From contig CM052818.1 of the NCBI GenBank assembly GCA_028534125.1, positions 39,000,001-39,064,000 on the forward strand: a DNA stretch of 64,000 nucleotides. The letters are read 5' to 3'. A model generated the notes under the pieces. The model saw nothing but the letters and a program-made list of their open reading frames with translations. It was not told the origin of the DNA and did not search any database. Position numbers and translations under genes: made by a program. Shown piece after piece: positions 39,523 through 53,257 of this stretch; the stretch's first letter is position 1, and each line of letters opens with the position of its first letter. Source of the stretch: Lama glama. Taxonomy: Eukaryota.

Positions 39523-40087
39523 GTAAGTATTTTGAATGAAGAAATATTTTTTAATTGCTGGATGGTTATCTGGTTATCTTTTATAGTCAGTTTCTTTTTC
39601 TGACCCTTCCTAGAGCTAAAGAAAATTTTGCAGCTGTTGGTGCTCTTGTTTTCTTTTGGCCACATTTTGAAATACATAAAATGATAGAACCACTGGGAAT
39701 ATTTATAATTTTAACCATGTTACCCCCCCAAAAAATGTTAATTAAAAAACATAATTTGCAAGATTAAAATTGCTTATTCGTGGTAGTGCTTGATATGAAA
39801 GTAATGAAACAAAATCATCCATGCATTAAGTAGAATTTTAATCGCATTTGTGGTGTTACTGCTTTCCTAGCACCGCTATAGTTAAGGTTGCCTTAGCCCT
39901 TCTGTTATAAATCACTGGTTTGTACTCAAAATTTTTGGTCTTTGATAAATTAGTCGACTACGAAATTAAAATAAGATTCAATGCTTTTGTTGTCTACATG
40001 CACTATAGTGTAGTTTTAGATCACCTTATGGTGCCTTTTTGTGTGTTCTATTAAATATTCAGAATCAAACAGATTCTTTTTCCTCAG

Positions 40088-40257
40088 GGCACTAGAGATG
40101 CTGAAACAGATGGACCTGAGAAAGGAGATCAAAAAGGCAAGGCTTCTCCATTTGAGGAGGACCAAAACAGAGATCTTAAACAAGGAGATGATGATGATTC
40201 TAAAATAAATGGCAGAGGTTTGCCAAATGGAATGGATGCCGATTGCAAAGATTTTAA
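40088..40257 (+). CDS. PUM2: PUM2 exon 5, GTRDAETDGPEKGDQKGKASPFEEDQNRDLKQGDDDDSKINGRGLPNGMDADCKDF
   Basis: Acceptor ttctttttcctcag|G, donor TAA|GTAAGA, 170 nt. Confidence 0.96.
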
Positions 40258-41173
40258 GTAAGATTTTAACTTTCTCAAGAAGAAAAGCATATATCTTTAG
40301 GGATTATTACTACTAGCTGATATGCCTGATTTAGACATTTTTCCAATTTTGGTTTATTTTATTTCCCTTTGTACCTTGTATTAATGTGGAGGAAGATTTA
40401 GATTTTTTGGTAAGGAATATTAATGATTATTTACCTTTTTTTTTTAATTCAGAAGTCTCTCAAACAGTACATTCCTTTGAAGGAGTAATGTTAGAAGCTG
40501 CTGTTACCTTTCTGCTAATATGTTAGTCTAAATTTTAACTGTTTCCTCCCTACTAAAATTTAGTGAATTTTAGATTAAATCTGTGATCTTCCTTGGCAGA
40601 CTCTTTGTGGTTGCTCTTGAGCACCTTTCTATAGAGTTTCTTCTTACTACCCCTGTCCCCACTTTAACTCTTATTCTTTGAAATAAAGAAACATAATTAG
40701 CTTAGAAACTGTGACCTTTCTTCTTACAATATATGAGTTTGTGCTAATATTAATATTCCTGAAATTAGGAAAGGGGGGAGCATACTGGAGACTTCAAAAA
40801 ATTAGTTTTAAGTTCAGAATTTTTAAGTTGTAGATTTTTTACTGTCTCTTTATGGCAATTAAATACATATTTCTTCTAGTCTTTGGTCTTAGTTTAGGCA
40901 GTGCACATTTATCTAAACATTAGGGAGTTGTTTCTTCATATTTCTTCATATGGGGCCTACCTGAAAATGAGCTGTTTCTTTGAGATATTGTGAACCATGG
41001 AATCTCAGTTAAGTGAGTTGCAGTTACCTATGGGTAGTATATTTTTACATTTATTGCTTTTAATTATCAAAAGCAGAGTAACAATGCTTCTTAAAAAACA
41101 GTGCTATTTGTATCTGTTTTAACTGCAAAAAAGCATCCAAAACCAGTAAACCTCTTGACAAGAAATAAATTTA

Positions 41174-41277
41174 GGGAGTGGGAAGTATAGCTCAGTGGTA
41201 GAGCACGTGCTTGGCGTGCCAGAGGTCCTGGGTTCGATCCCCAGTGCCTCCGTTAAGGAGTGTTAAAAAAAAAAAAA
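41174..41277 (+). mobile_element. tRNA-Ala-derived SINE with poly-A tail
   Basis: A box TAGCTCAGTGG (41188-41198), B box GGTTCGATCCC (41231-41241), A13 tail. Confidence 0.85.
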
Positions 41278-43007
41278 TTCAATTAATGCTATTCAGTTAG
41301 TTTCAGAACCTTATCCTGATTTTGCTCTTGTGCTGTTACTTAATCTATGTTTTAGTTTAGAGTATGCATTTAAAACTGAGTTAATTATAAACCCTTCAGT
41401 GTATACATTTATAATTGAAGTGTTAATACACCGTTAACTATAGCAAGAAAATAGCACCACTGATAGCATAATGTCTTTTCTATTATATCCTCTACTTTTT
41501 GCTGTATTAGAATTGTTTTGTATGAAGGGCTATACTTCTGCATATTAATATGAACTTTACATTCAATAGCATTCTGATTTTATTGTTAAGTTTGGAGTAT
41601 ATATTTTAAAATTGTTTCTAAATTAATTTTAGTTACAGCGTTGTCTTCAACAATATAAAAACATTTCAAACTAATAGGTGTGGTCATAGGGTGACTGTGC
41701 TAGCACACCATTATTACATATATTAACTGATACATTATCAACATACATGCATTACTGGAGTAGAACTAAAAGGAATGAAATAACTATATCAGACTGGTTT
41801 TTGTTTTTAATTGGGTGATTTTAAAGAAGATCCTTCAGTTTTATTCTTCCCATATATTCTAAGTGAAAAATAAGCCTTTGGAATAGTCACATGAAAAATT
41901 AGGTATGGATAAAGGGAGAAAGGAGTTTGAAACTTGTTCTGATTTTACAAAGACAGTGATTGGTTTTTAAATAAAATATAAGTCCACCTAAATATCTAGA
42001 AAACAGTTTTTATAATGAAGTAATTGCTTTGTAAAATGCTCTATACATGTTAGCAAATGTATCCCTATGTGAAGCACCTGAAGTTGCGGGCAGAGTTATG
42101 TAGGTGTAACAGCTGGCATTGAAAGCCAGGTAAAGTAGTTATTGCCATTTATTTAATGTACTTATATTTGAGTATATTATGAACTCATGGTTCCTCAAAA
42201 CATACTTATTTCTTGTAAGGGAAAGGATCTTATATTTCTGTAGAAGAAAAGAGAATGTAAATGAGGATCAATTATGTCTAGAAATAAGGTGAAAATAAAA
42301 TATAGACCATGAAGGGTGTTGATAAAAAGAGAAGAGTGAATGTTTAAATTTAGTCTAATGTTAATAAATTTCTTGGGAAAATTAAGAAGGCTAGTCAGTA
42401 GAGAAAGTTGCTTTCTTTACGTGTATAATTATACTTTTCATTGAAAAGATAAGAGTCAGGAGTCAGCTTTTTGTCTTGGTTTACCACCCTTTTCTGTTAC
42501 ATCCTATATTTTATGCCCTTAATGATTGTTCGTGGTCACTTTTTTTCCTGAAATATTCAGCAAGATGTTAGAGCAATTATTTGCTGGTGGGCAAGATGGG
42601 AGTATGGTAGATGGGTTTTGATTTTGAGCGTTCCCATATTTGTCTCTTGATATTTTGCTAGTCATAACCTACCATTCATATTGTCTGATTTGAGAAGAAA
42701 GTTTCAGGTAGTCTAAGCCTAAATTGTGATATTGGCCAATTTTCTTATCTGTAAGATTGAATTATACTGTTCAAATTGGCGGCAGTGGTCACTAATAATA
42801 TTTTTAAAAAATGAAACTATGTTCTTAAGAGGAAGCTAGATTAGACAGAAAAAAAAATGATAAAGTGAAATGACTAGGGACCTTGGGTACCTGATTTGCC
42901 CTTTGTATTTTACAACCATTTGTTTTCCATGATTTTCCTATTTTCCCATTTCACTTTGACTGACTTGGTACTTTTATTCACCATGCCTTTCTGTTTTCTT
43001 TATATAG

Positions 43008-43275
43008 TCGTACTCCTGGAAGTCGTCAAGCCTCTCCAACTGAAGTAGTTGAGCGCTTGGGCCCAGCTAATCCCCCAGAAGGATTGGGGCCTCTTCCTAA
43101 TCCTACAGCTAATAAACCACTTGTTGAAGAATTTTCAAATCCGGAAACTCAGAATCTGGATGCCATGGAACAAGTTGGTCTAGATTCCTTACAGTTTGAC
43201 TATCCTGGTAATCAGGTACCAATGGACTCTTCAGGAGCTACTGTAGGCCTTTTTGACTACAGTTCCCAACAGCAG
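43008..43275 (+). CDS. PUM2: PUM2 exon 6, [28 protein letters not shown]...[10 protein letters not shown]
   Basis: Acceptor ttttctttatatag|T, donor CAG|GTAAAG, 268 nt; overlaps ORF track 43057..43332. Confidence 0.96.
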
Positions 43276-43519
43276 GTAAAGCATGTCCATCCTTTAAAGA
43301 AGTTCCTCTTAAATGTGTACTGGTTAGCCTAAAGTGCTGTTACGGCATTGACATGAATCATAGGGGTATACTTGAACACCTACTGCTTCATTGAATAAAA
43401 CGTCCTTGTATTTGAGAAAAGTGATTGAAATAAATATTTTAAATATTCTTTTCTCAGCTTTCTAAACAGAAATGAAATGCTTTGAGACTAATCTTTGTGT
43501 TGAATATTTTTCTTAATAG

Positions 43520-43613
43520 CTCTTTCAGAGGACTAATGCACTAACAGTTCAGCAGTTAACTGCAGCTCAACAGCAGCAATATGCATTAGCCACAGCTCAG
43601 CAGCCACATATAG
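43520..43613 (+). CDS. PUM2: PUM2 exon 7, [31 protein letters not shown]
   Basis: Acceptor tttttcttaatag|C, donor TAG|GTGAGT, 94 nt. Confidence 0.95.
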
Positions 43614-44139
43614 GTGAGTCTTTATAAGTTACCATTTTAATTACATTGTTAGAAAATCTTGTTACAGTATTTAGAATGTTTCATTTTCATTTACTGAATG
43701 GTGTTATTTCATTACGTTTTGAAACATCTCATTAAGATCAAATAGCAGTAGATTACATGGCAAGAGTAAAGATTAACTAGGGAAGAACTGTTTAATTTTT
43801 CTTGTATCTTTGGTGAAATAAAAATCTATAACTTTTTGAAAGCAGTCAGCACATAAGTTTTTTTTCCTCACTGTGAGGAAGTTAAGAGAGTAACACACTT
43901 GGAAATTTAGATGTAGTTATGGGTGTTCATTATCAAGTCAGGATGTTTATTTTTAAAATGGTTTGTAAGTAGGAATCCCAAGAAAATATTTAAATATTTT
44001 CTTCCTTATATTTCATTAAGCTATTTGGTCTTTGACTTTTAGTCTTTACTATAATGTGAATTATTGCAATTACCTATTTGTTACTGCTAGAGCTCAGGCA
44101 TTAGTACTGTGTGTCCGAGGTTGGGGTATTTTGTTTGTT

Positions 44140-45470
44140 TTTTAACTTGTTATTTTGAAAAATACTGATACTACATGAAGTTGCAAGGAGAGTACAAAGA
44201 GATTCCCCACTTAGTTTTCCCTCAGTGGCTATATCTTACATAGTTATTGTACGGTACTAAAGCCAGGTCTGTGACATTGATAAATGTGTATAGATTTATG
44301 TCATTTTATCATGTGTGTAAATTCATGTAACCATTTTTACACCTGATTTTGGCTGACCTTGATTTCCTAGTTGGAGAAGTTGTGAATACTCTCAACATCA
44401 GGGTGGGGATTGTGGCACTGGAAAAATATACTAAGTTGGTTCTATTCTTTTAACTTTGTGTTGTTCTTTCTCAATCCAAGAAGCTTCCTAGGTCCCAAAT
44501 TTTCAGTTTTAATCAAAGATGACCACAACATTTCTAGATGACTTCTAATAGCAGCATGCACTGTGGACCTGTTTTTCCCTCTTTCCCCCAACTTTATCCC
44601 TAGACATAGTCCTTCTTTCTCATTGTTAGAGATGGACTGATTTCTGTCTACCCATGGGCCAGTATAATACCTTTTATTTTTTGAGCTCTTACGGTGTGTT
44701 TTATATGTGGAAGACTAGGATATCCATTATTACTCTTCTTTTGGGAGTTTTAAATCTTTTATTCTTAGATGCTTTTTCATATGAACTTTAGAATCCTCTT
44801 ATTCACAGATCAGGTTAAAATTTTAAATTAACTCAGGAAAGTTGACATCTTTATGACATTAAGTATTCTTATACAGGACCTCATATATCTTTACTTTTGT
44901 TCAAGTCTGCTTTGTGTTGTTCGTAAGTGCTTTAAGATTTTCTTGTAAGTTTGCATATTTCTTGATAAGTTTGTTCTTTGGTATTTTATCTTTTGCAGTC
45001 ATTGTAAATGCCTTCCTGTCTTTATGTCTTTAAATTGGTACCTATGAAAGCCCTTTATTAGTATTTACTAAATTTTATGAATGATTTTCTAAATAATCGA
45101 ATCATACCTGCATTCTTAGAATTTAAAAGAATTGTGTATAATTATTTAATGAGCTCTTTTAATTTGCTGATGTTTTATTTAGGATTTTTCACTTACGTAT
45201 AAGTGAAATTAGTCTTTATGTTTGTGTGTGTTCATTTTTGCATTTTTTGTCAGATTTTGATACCAGTATACTTCATAAAAATAATTTAGAAATGTTCCCT
45301 TTTTTAATGCCTTAGAAGTATTTTAAATTACATTGGACTTACATGATCTTTAAAGATTTGGCAGAACTCAGAACTTCTTTGTGAAGCCATCTGGAAAATT
45401 ACACAACTAAATTTTGAAAACCTGAATAAAATGAAAATATTTTTTAGAAAGCACAGTTTACCAAAATTGA
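44140..45470 (-). mobile_element. Degraded old L1 fragments
   Basis: L1M-like antisense phrases (tttttcatatgaactttagaatc, gttgacatctttatgacattaagt, ttatttaggatttttcact). The last ~80 nt appear to be in the opposite orientation. Confidence 0.6.
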
Positions 45471-45579
45471 TCCCATCTTTTCATCTTTGTTCTACAATTA
45501 AACATACTTATTATTGATTATCAGTCCTTTTATCCAAGTTTGCCAAGTCACCTCTTGACTGGCTGATAGTTCATTTAGA

Positions 45580-45842
45580 AGATCACTGTCCAATTGCAAT
45601 ATTGCGCAGCATAGAATTTTAAATTCTTTAGTAGCCACATACTTTATTTAACCAGTTATATCCAAAATATCATTTCAAATATAACCAATATAAAACTTAC
45701 TAATAAGAAATTTTACATTATGTTCATATAAAGTCTTTAAAATCAGATGTGCATTTTCCCACTTTCAGCAGATTTCAGTTTAGACTAGTCACATTTTAAA
45801 TAGTTGTATGTGGTAGTAATTACCATAGTGGATAGTACATAT
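45580..45842. mobile_element. MER33-like hAT-Charlie element
   Basis: cactgtccaat...aattttaaattctttagtagccacat...tatccaaaatatcatttcaa...gactagtcacatttt. Confidence 0.75.
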
Positions 45843-45847
45843 TCTAG

Positions 45848-46152
45848 AATGGGGGTTGACAAACTTTTTCTGTAAAGTCCCAAATAGCAAATGTTTTAAA
45901 TTTTTGCAAGCTGTATGGTTTCAGTTACAACTATTCAACCCTGCTGTTATACCACAAAGTGGTCTTAGGCAGTACATACGTGAATATGACTGTGTTCTAT
46001 AAAGCTTTACTGGGGGACACTGTAATTTAATTTTGTATAATTTTCATTTGTTACAAATTATTATTATTTTCAACCATTTAAAAATGTTTAAATTGTTCTT
46101 AGCTAGTTCATACAAAAATAGGTAGTAGGCTAGACTTGGTTCATGGGCTGGG
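45848..46152 (+). mobile_element. MER58B-like element
   Basis: gggggttgacaaactttttctgtaaag start; caactattcaaccctgctgtt; tttcaaccatttaaaaatgt. Confidence 0.75.
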
Positions 46153-46539
46153 CCAGAAGGAGATTATAGACAGATACTATGATTTGTGTTTTGAAATACA
46201 CATCCACTTTCAAAATGGGGAGAGAGAGAAAAGGAAAAGGCAGGGTTGTTTTGATGGGTGGGGAATTTTAACAGCACGAGAAATTGAGAGGTGATCCATA
46301 GGAGTAAATTAGAAATGAACCACGTGGCCTGCAGAGGGCTGCAAGCGGGATAAATAGAGGACCTGCACATTGTCGGGATTGGGGTTGGAGGGTTAGACCC
46401 CCAGGCCACTGATAAAGACTTGGTTTAGAGACTTGACCTTATGGTGTGTAGTGGTAGTTGTAATGAGTAAGTGTAAGAGAATCTCTCATTTAAGATAGTG
46501 TTTTAAACAAATTACAGTGCAAACAAAAAGCAATCAAAA

Positions 46540-47900
46540 GACAGTCTTACAACAAATAAGAGTTTATGCTCAAGATGTAGAAATAAGAGAACTTTGAAGC
46601 TCTGAGAACTTTAAAATGTATGTTTAGAATATTAACAGATAAAGGACTAAAGCCATCAAAGATCAGAGGTTTTAGAACAACAAAACAGTGTGAAAACGGA
46701 TCATTTCAGAATCTTATAAATAAAAAGACATAGGTGGGCTGCATAATTAACTAGCTATTACCTAGATATAATGAACTGGAAGATGAAACTGGAACTCTCA
46801 TAACACAGAAATATACTCACAGTAATCAGGATGTATTAGAAGCTGTGGAGTAAGGAGTTAATAAAGATGTGCGAGGCATATGTAAAGAAAACTGAAAACT
46901 TTTTCTGAAAAGTTATATAAATGAGGACACATACCTTTTGTGGTTGGGGGAAACTCAATATTATAAAGATGTCAAGTTTTTCCTGAATTACATTATGGAC
47001 TTAATGTATTGATTAGAATCCCAACAGATTTTTTTGGGAGGGGGTGGAATTTGAAAGTTTGTTTTTGATCTTTGTTTCAGAAAAGTGAAACCAGAAAACA
47101 AATAGAACACTGAAGTGAGAGAGGGATTTACCCAACTGTATTTTAAAACAACTGTTAAAGTGCTGAAAATAGTGTGGCACTGGTGTCAAAATATACAGAT
47201 AGATCTGTAGACAAAAAGTCTGAAGTGGGTGGTCATGTGTTTGGGGTGCAGTGGTAGGATGATTTTGATCTTGATCAAATTAGTGATTAATCAAATTAAT
47301 TGTAAAAGAATATCTTTGGAAAATAGGTTGGAGATAATTGGGTTCTATTCCTGGTGGATTAAAAGTTTTAATGAGAAAAATAAAGGTAGAAAATACTTGA
47401 TATGTTTTGTCTCTTCGATAGCCAGAAAACCATAGATTAAAGTAAAAAATTTGTTAGTGCTTTATTTTACCCCACATTGACAACTATTTAAAATGTTTGA
47501 TAATGTCCTACCTTGGTAGGAATGTGAATGGTATTCTCATATACTCATAATGAGAATATAAATTGGTACAACTTTTCCTGGAGGGTAATCTGGAAATGTG
47601 GGTCAAGAATTTATATATATGTATTTGTCATTCAAATGAATTTTCATAAGGATATGATGATAATGCAGGGATCTGTTAATTAAGGAATAATAGCATTATT
47701 TACTTATAGCAAAAGGTTGTGAATCATCTAAATATGTATCTGTAGTAGACTGGTTAAATCATGTTCCTTTTGTATGGTAGAATACATACTGTGCAGCTAT
47801 TAAAAAGAATGAACTAGATAGATAGCTATTGACATAGAAAGGAATCTCTGGTTAATTGACAAGTGAAAAAAGCATATTAAAGTACCTTTATACCCTAGAA
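46540..47900 (+). mobile_element. Degraded L1ME-type fragments
   Basis: aactcaatattataaagatgtcaa, aaatagtgtggcactgg, ataaattggtacaactttt, gcagctattaaaaagaatgaactagat. Confidence 0.6.
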
Positions 47901-48722
47901 TGTAAAATGTATGAGTGTGTGTTTGTGTATATATATTAAAAAATATTTTTTTAATTTAGAAGGAGATGTATTTATACATATGTACATATATAAACATGTA
48001 GATTCAAACATGTGTATATACGTGCAAAATATACGTATTTATGCATATACACACTAACATTGTTTGGTGTCTAATCTGTTGTAAATATTTCTGAGTGAAA
48101 CGTGGGCTTAAATAAGTTTTTCTTCATTATTTTCGATAGAAGGTTTAATATATATCCATTAGCTCAGACTAATTCTTTGTATTTCAAGTATTTGAAACCT
48201 TGCTACGTTTTACCTGATTTGTAATGTAAATACGGAGAGAGCTATATTAAGATCTTTTCTAAAATTGAAAAAAAGTTTAAAGGTTATATGTAAGCCTGCT
48301 GTCAGTAAAGATTATATGAGAACTTTGGCTTTCCACTTTATATACTTCAATAGTATTTGTGTTTTTAAAAGCAGTCTTTTTTAATCATAAAAATATAGAA
48401 TATAAAACTAGGTCCTGACTTTTCGATTTGTAGTGATAGGAGTAGAACATGGATATCAATACATCTTTCTCTATTCTTGTCTTAGAGATAATCATGATAG
48501 AGGAAACAGAGGGAAATCTTGAAACCTTTGACATAGGGCATAGCTAAGAATGCAGCTTTGAGCAAATGGATTTTTAAGTAGTGCAAGGATTTTGTTTGAA
48601 CCCTCTTTAGTTCTTACTTTTTTTTATTAAAAAAGCAGATTTTTCCAATGGTTTTGTTGTGCCTGGGCATGAAATCAGTGTTGTGAGTTGTGGCCAGTAT
48701 TTTTTAGAATAATTCAGAACTT

Positions 48723-48876
48723 TATTTATTTAAATTTTTTATTTTCTTTTTTGGTGGTGGTGGGGTGATTAGGTTTATTTATTTATTTCTTAATGGAGGT
48801 GCTGGGGATTGAACCCCCAGGACCTCGTGCATGCTAAATAAGCACGTGCTCTACCTCTGAGCCACACCTTCCCCCC
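48723..48876 (-). mobile_element. tRNA-derived SINE (Vic-1-like)
   Basis: Reverse reads ggtgtggctcagaggtagagcacgtgc...gaggtcctgggggttcaatccccagcacctcc...aataaacctaatcacc. TSD aataattcagaactt (48708-48722) / aataatttagaaatt (48877-48891). Confidence 0.88.
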
Positions 48877-50104
48877 AATAATTTAGAAATTAATGAAGAG
48901 AAAAATTAAGTAGAAAATGGAGTGGATTGAAATTTTGTAAGGATAAATATTTTGAGATTTTTGTTTGTGGCTTATGTGTGTATATGGATACTAGGTTCAT
49001 ATGAAATACATTTCACATTGTGGCTCACAGTCAAAAAATATGAAAGCCGACATAATATAGTTAGAAATGAGTTTCTATGTCTTGATTTTAAGGCCTAGAC
49101 TTTAAGATAAATGGTCCTTTTGAATACTTTTTTCAAAAGTTGCTTTATGTCCACCTGCTTTTATGCCCAAAACCCCTCACCATCTTTTAAACCTGAGTAT
49201 TTTTGAGCTTCTTTAACTTTAAACACATTTTAGTTACTTCCTTGCGTTGTACTTATCACAGTTATTTTCCAGAAGAGGAAATTCTGGCAGTACACTTTCA
49301 AAGTAATTTTTTAGTACCGTAGGGTAAAAGGTATACGTACTGATTCTTGCTCAATGCTAGCAGTTTTCCTCTCTTTTTAATAAGTACTGCAAATGAATAT
49401 TTAAAAAAATTTCTTAGCCTTTACTAAATCTATATTGTCATATGTTAGGCTCACATATTCTGCTTACTCTTCTGCTTAAAACTCTTCATTGTTTTACTTT
49501 CAGGGTAAAGTACAAACCACTTAGCATGACTCAAGAAGCTCTTCATGAGTCTTCATTCTGATTATAACTCCAATTTTATCTCATACACTACAACCCCACT
49601 CCATCCTACCCACCACTTCCAAAGCTCATTGGATGCCCCTCCTCTCTGTGCTCATAGCCCTTACTATATTCTGATTGCCAGTTTTACTTGTTTTTCTGAC
49701 TAGGTGGAGTGATTTATGAGGGCAGGTTATATCTGTCTTCCTCACTTGAATCCCTTGCTCATAGTGTACTTTAATAAAGATTGAATGAAAAATTACTACT
49801 GAACAATAGTAGTTCTAGCTCTGAACATTTATTGTGTGCCTGTTATGTGCTAGTACTGTACAGTCATTTACATTTAATTCTAACAAAAGTCATTGGTGAT
49901 ACACCTGTTTCATAAATGAAGAATCTTAGAGTCAGGTTGTGTTACATGCCCCAGGTCAGTTAGTTAATAAGAATTTGAACCATGATACACACTTTCCCCT
50001 TCCCCTACCCCCAGTTTTAGAATATAAATGTTTTTGGTTTTTTTATTTTAACCTTATGAAGAAAATCATACATATGTTTTTATTTATTATTTCTCCCCTT
50101 TTAA

Positions 50105-50308
<204 letters not shown>

Positions 50309-51228
50309 TAATTGAGCAGGTTGAAGTTCCTACAGAAAATGGAAACATTTATCCAGAATGAGCTGAAGTTTCCAGAGAGCTAGTTTATTTTTTAACTATA
50401 ATGCTACAGGAGAAAACCTAAGTCTGATAACACTTTTATCCCTCCTGCACATAGTTGGTTTACATTTCAGTTTTGTAGTTTCAGAAATCTTGTATTACCA
50501 ACCACAAATCTTTATTCTTGGGATCAATCCCATTACCCACAGAGACAATGCAAAGTAAAGTTACTTCTCAGTAAATAAACTGGGGGTAGGTGCTATAAAT
50601 ACCCAGGCCAGGGATAATACAAGGTAAAGAGATTCAGCAAATCTTGAGAGAATGAGTATCTAAAAAGTAAAGTTTAATTAACAATGTTAAAGTGTACAAG
50701 CAAGCTGAGGGATAAAAAGGTGGGATGGCATTGGAAAGAACTTATTAATAACTGTCAAAGCCTGACAGCACCATCCAAAATCTGAAATAAAAACCAAATG
50801 TATACAGTGTCACATGTCAATTGTGTCACAGTGAAGCTGGAAAAAAAATTTTCTTTAAACCAAAGCTGTATTTATTTCTTATGTAAGGGAGAGTTGTGTA
50901 CTGGTTAGGCACAGTCGTAATGAGTGAAGTGATTTGCTCATCTTCTATAGGATGTTGAGGGAAGGTTGTTTTAGATTGAGTTAGTTACAGAGACAAGAAT
51001 GAATTAGTCTTAGACATAGTTTATGTTGGTTACCAAGGCAGAAACAGGGAGATGTCAATCACAGAAGTATGTTCACTGGATTGATGGCTGATTGACTTTC
51101 ATAACTTTAAGCTTCCATTGATTTTTTTACTTTCAGAAATAAGTTCACTGATTTATCATTGATCTATTAGATGATTTTAAATCCACTTCTGGTAACTGTT
51201 ATCATGACTGCAGAAGAATTAGTCTTAG

Positions 51229-51233
<5 letters not shown>

Positions 51234-51265
<32 letters not shown>
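51234..51265. repeat. (TG)16 microsatellite
   Basis: Perfect dinucleotide run. Confidence 0.97.
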
Positions 51266-51269
<4 letters not shown>

Positions 51270-51571
51270 GTACTCAAGACGTTATTTTAAGAAGTGAAAA
51301 AAACATTAATTTCAAATTCTTATTTGATATCTTAGCAGACTAAAACTAACCTGTCACATTCAGTAGTTTTTGGTATAGATCTGCATGTGATTACATAAGG
51401 TGTGAGCTTTCCTGGTACCGTTTAACTGGATGTTAATATGTAAAATGCTGATATACCATACATGCATATGGAAAGTCATTAACGTCTGGAACTGAAAGAA
51501 GCAACTTTAAGGGGTCATTAGTTTTGAGATAAGCATTCTAGGCATTCTGGACTTACTGAGGCTTTCTAAGA

Positions 51572-51870
51572 TCATCACTGTCCAATAGAAATAGAACGTG
51601 AGCCAGATAATGTAATTTAGATTATTCTAGTAACCACATTATAAAAGTAAAAAAACAGATGAAATTAATTTAACGTTATGTTTGATTTAGCCCAGTATAT
51701 AATGTAGTCAGTATTTTTTTTAAATTACTAATTGGTATTTTAGTTTTTTTTTTAATGCTAAGTCTTCAGAATTCTGGGTGAATTACATACATAACAGCAT
51801 ATCTCAATTCAGGCTGTCCAACTTTTAATTGTTTAGTCACAAGTGACTTCTGGCTACTGTTTTGTACTAT
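51572..51870. mobile_element. MER33-like element
   Basis: cactgtccaatagaaataga...gagcca...ttctagtaaccacatt...gaaattaattt; similar to the 45580 copy. Confidence 0.75.
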
Positions 51871-52997
51871 GAGATAGATGTCTGATTCTTTTATTTTGTC
51901 TTATTTTGACAGTGTATTCTTTCTTCATAAATCCTTTTCTGTATTTAACAGTCCTCATTGTAGATTGTACTTAAACTGTCTTTAGAAATATATTTTACCT
52001 TTAAATTTTTTAGAGCTTTTCATTTTAGTCATTTAGTCAATTATATTGGACTTTATTTTTTTCCAAAACAAAGTGCAACCAAAAGAGTTTGATTTTTCAA
52101 ATTAGATACACTAAAATCATATAAGTGGAATTTAGGAAGTTTTTGTTTTATCAGTCTGGAATCATAACATCTTAATCATTAGTTTAATGGTGAGGCTTAT
52201 TTTGCATGATGTTACATACTGTCCAGGAATCAAATTTTATCTTGAATAAGGTGGAATTGAGCAAGAATTCATGCTGTTTTTCCTGGTTCGCATTTTTATG
52301 TCTGTGTCTCTCTGTGATTATATTACATAGTTTTTTCTTGTCTTAACTCACTAGTTCCATTTTCCTAACCACACGAACATTGATGTGTTATTTGTTTTCA
52401 TGTGATTCTCAATTGCTATGTGAGAATTATAACTATTTCAGATATGAAGAATATTTTTAAATTAAGGTTTACCATTCAGAAATAGTTGTAGCAAGCTTGG
52501 TACCAGAATGTTCCCTAGTTATGTTATATAGATTACAGATTAAAAGCTAAAAGTATTTAGTTTTCAATAAGAAAATACCCTTTTTAAAGAAAGTGATGAA
52601 TTGAGTGTAGGAAATCGTACAGTTTTATGGTGTCTTACTTTCCTGTTTGCCAGTGTCAAACCTATACATTCTAGTGTTCAGTAAGTGCTGAGTAGATGGT
52701 TAAGTGTCCTGTCAGTTCATTGATCTTCTTGAGTTTAGTGTCCCATCTCTCCGTTAAGGCCACTGCTGTCATTCCTGAGTTCTTTCTCTTTTAATAATAC
52801 ATATATGAATGAAACTTTCTCCCTAATAAAACAAAGAGAAAGGGGAAAGCAGTTGTATGTGGATAGAGGAATATAAGGACATCTGTTCTAAGTCTTATGT
52901 CTTTCCCTTTTTATAATCTAGTGGTAACTGACTTTATCTGTAAGATGTAGTGACTTTTTTCTTTTTTTGGGGGGGTGGGGTGTGGTGTGGGGTTTAG

Positions 52998-53140
52998 GTC
53001 CGGCAGTGGTTCCACCTCAGTATTACGGTGTTCCGTGGGGGGTGTATCCAGCCAATTTATTTCAGCAGCAAGCTGCAGCTGCGGCAAACAACACAGCAAA
53101 TCAGCAAGCAGCATCACAAGCTCAGCCTGGACAGCAACAG
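52998..53140 (+). CDS. PUM2: PUM2 exon 9, [48 protein letters not shown]
   Basis: Acceptor ggtttag|G, donor CAG|GTATAG, 143 nt. Confidence 0.95.
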
Positions 53141-53218
53141 GTATAGGCCTGCCTTCATTAAATAATACCTGGAGAGTCTTTGAAATTGTATGAGCTCCTT
53201 GCATTCAAGATCTGTGGG

Positions 53219-53257
53219 CTGGTTTTGGTTTTGGTTTTGGTTTCGGTTTTTGGTTTT
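53219..53257. repeat. (GGTTTT)n simple repeat, about 6 units
   Basis: ggttttggttttggttttggtttcggtttttggtttt. Confidence 0.85.

Noticed and set aside
41179..41251. Possible tRNA-Ala gene
   Set aside because: Mismatched stems, a directly attached poly-A tail instead of a T-run terminator, and similarity to the other SINE copies.
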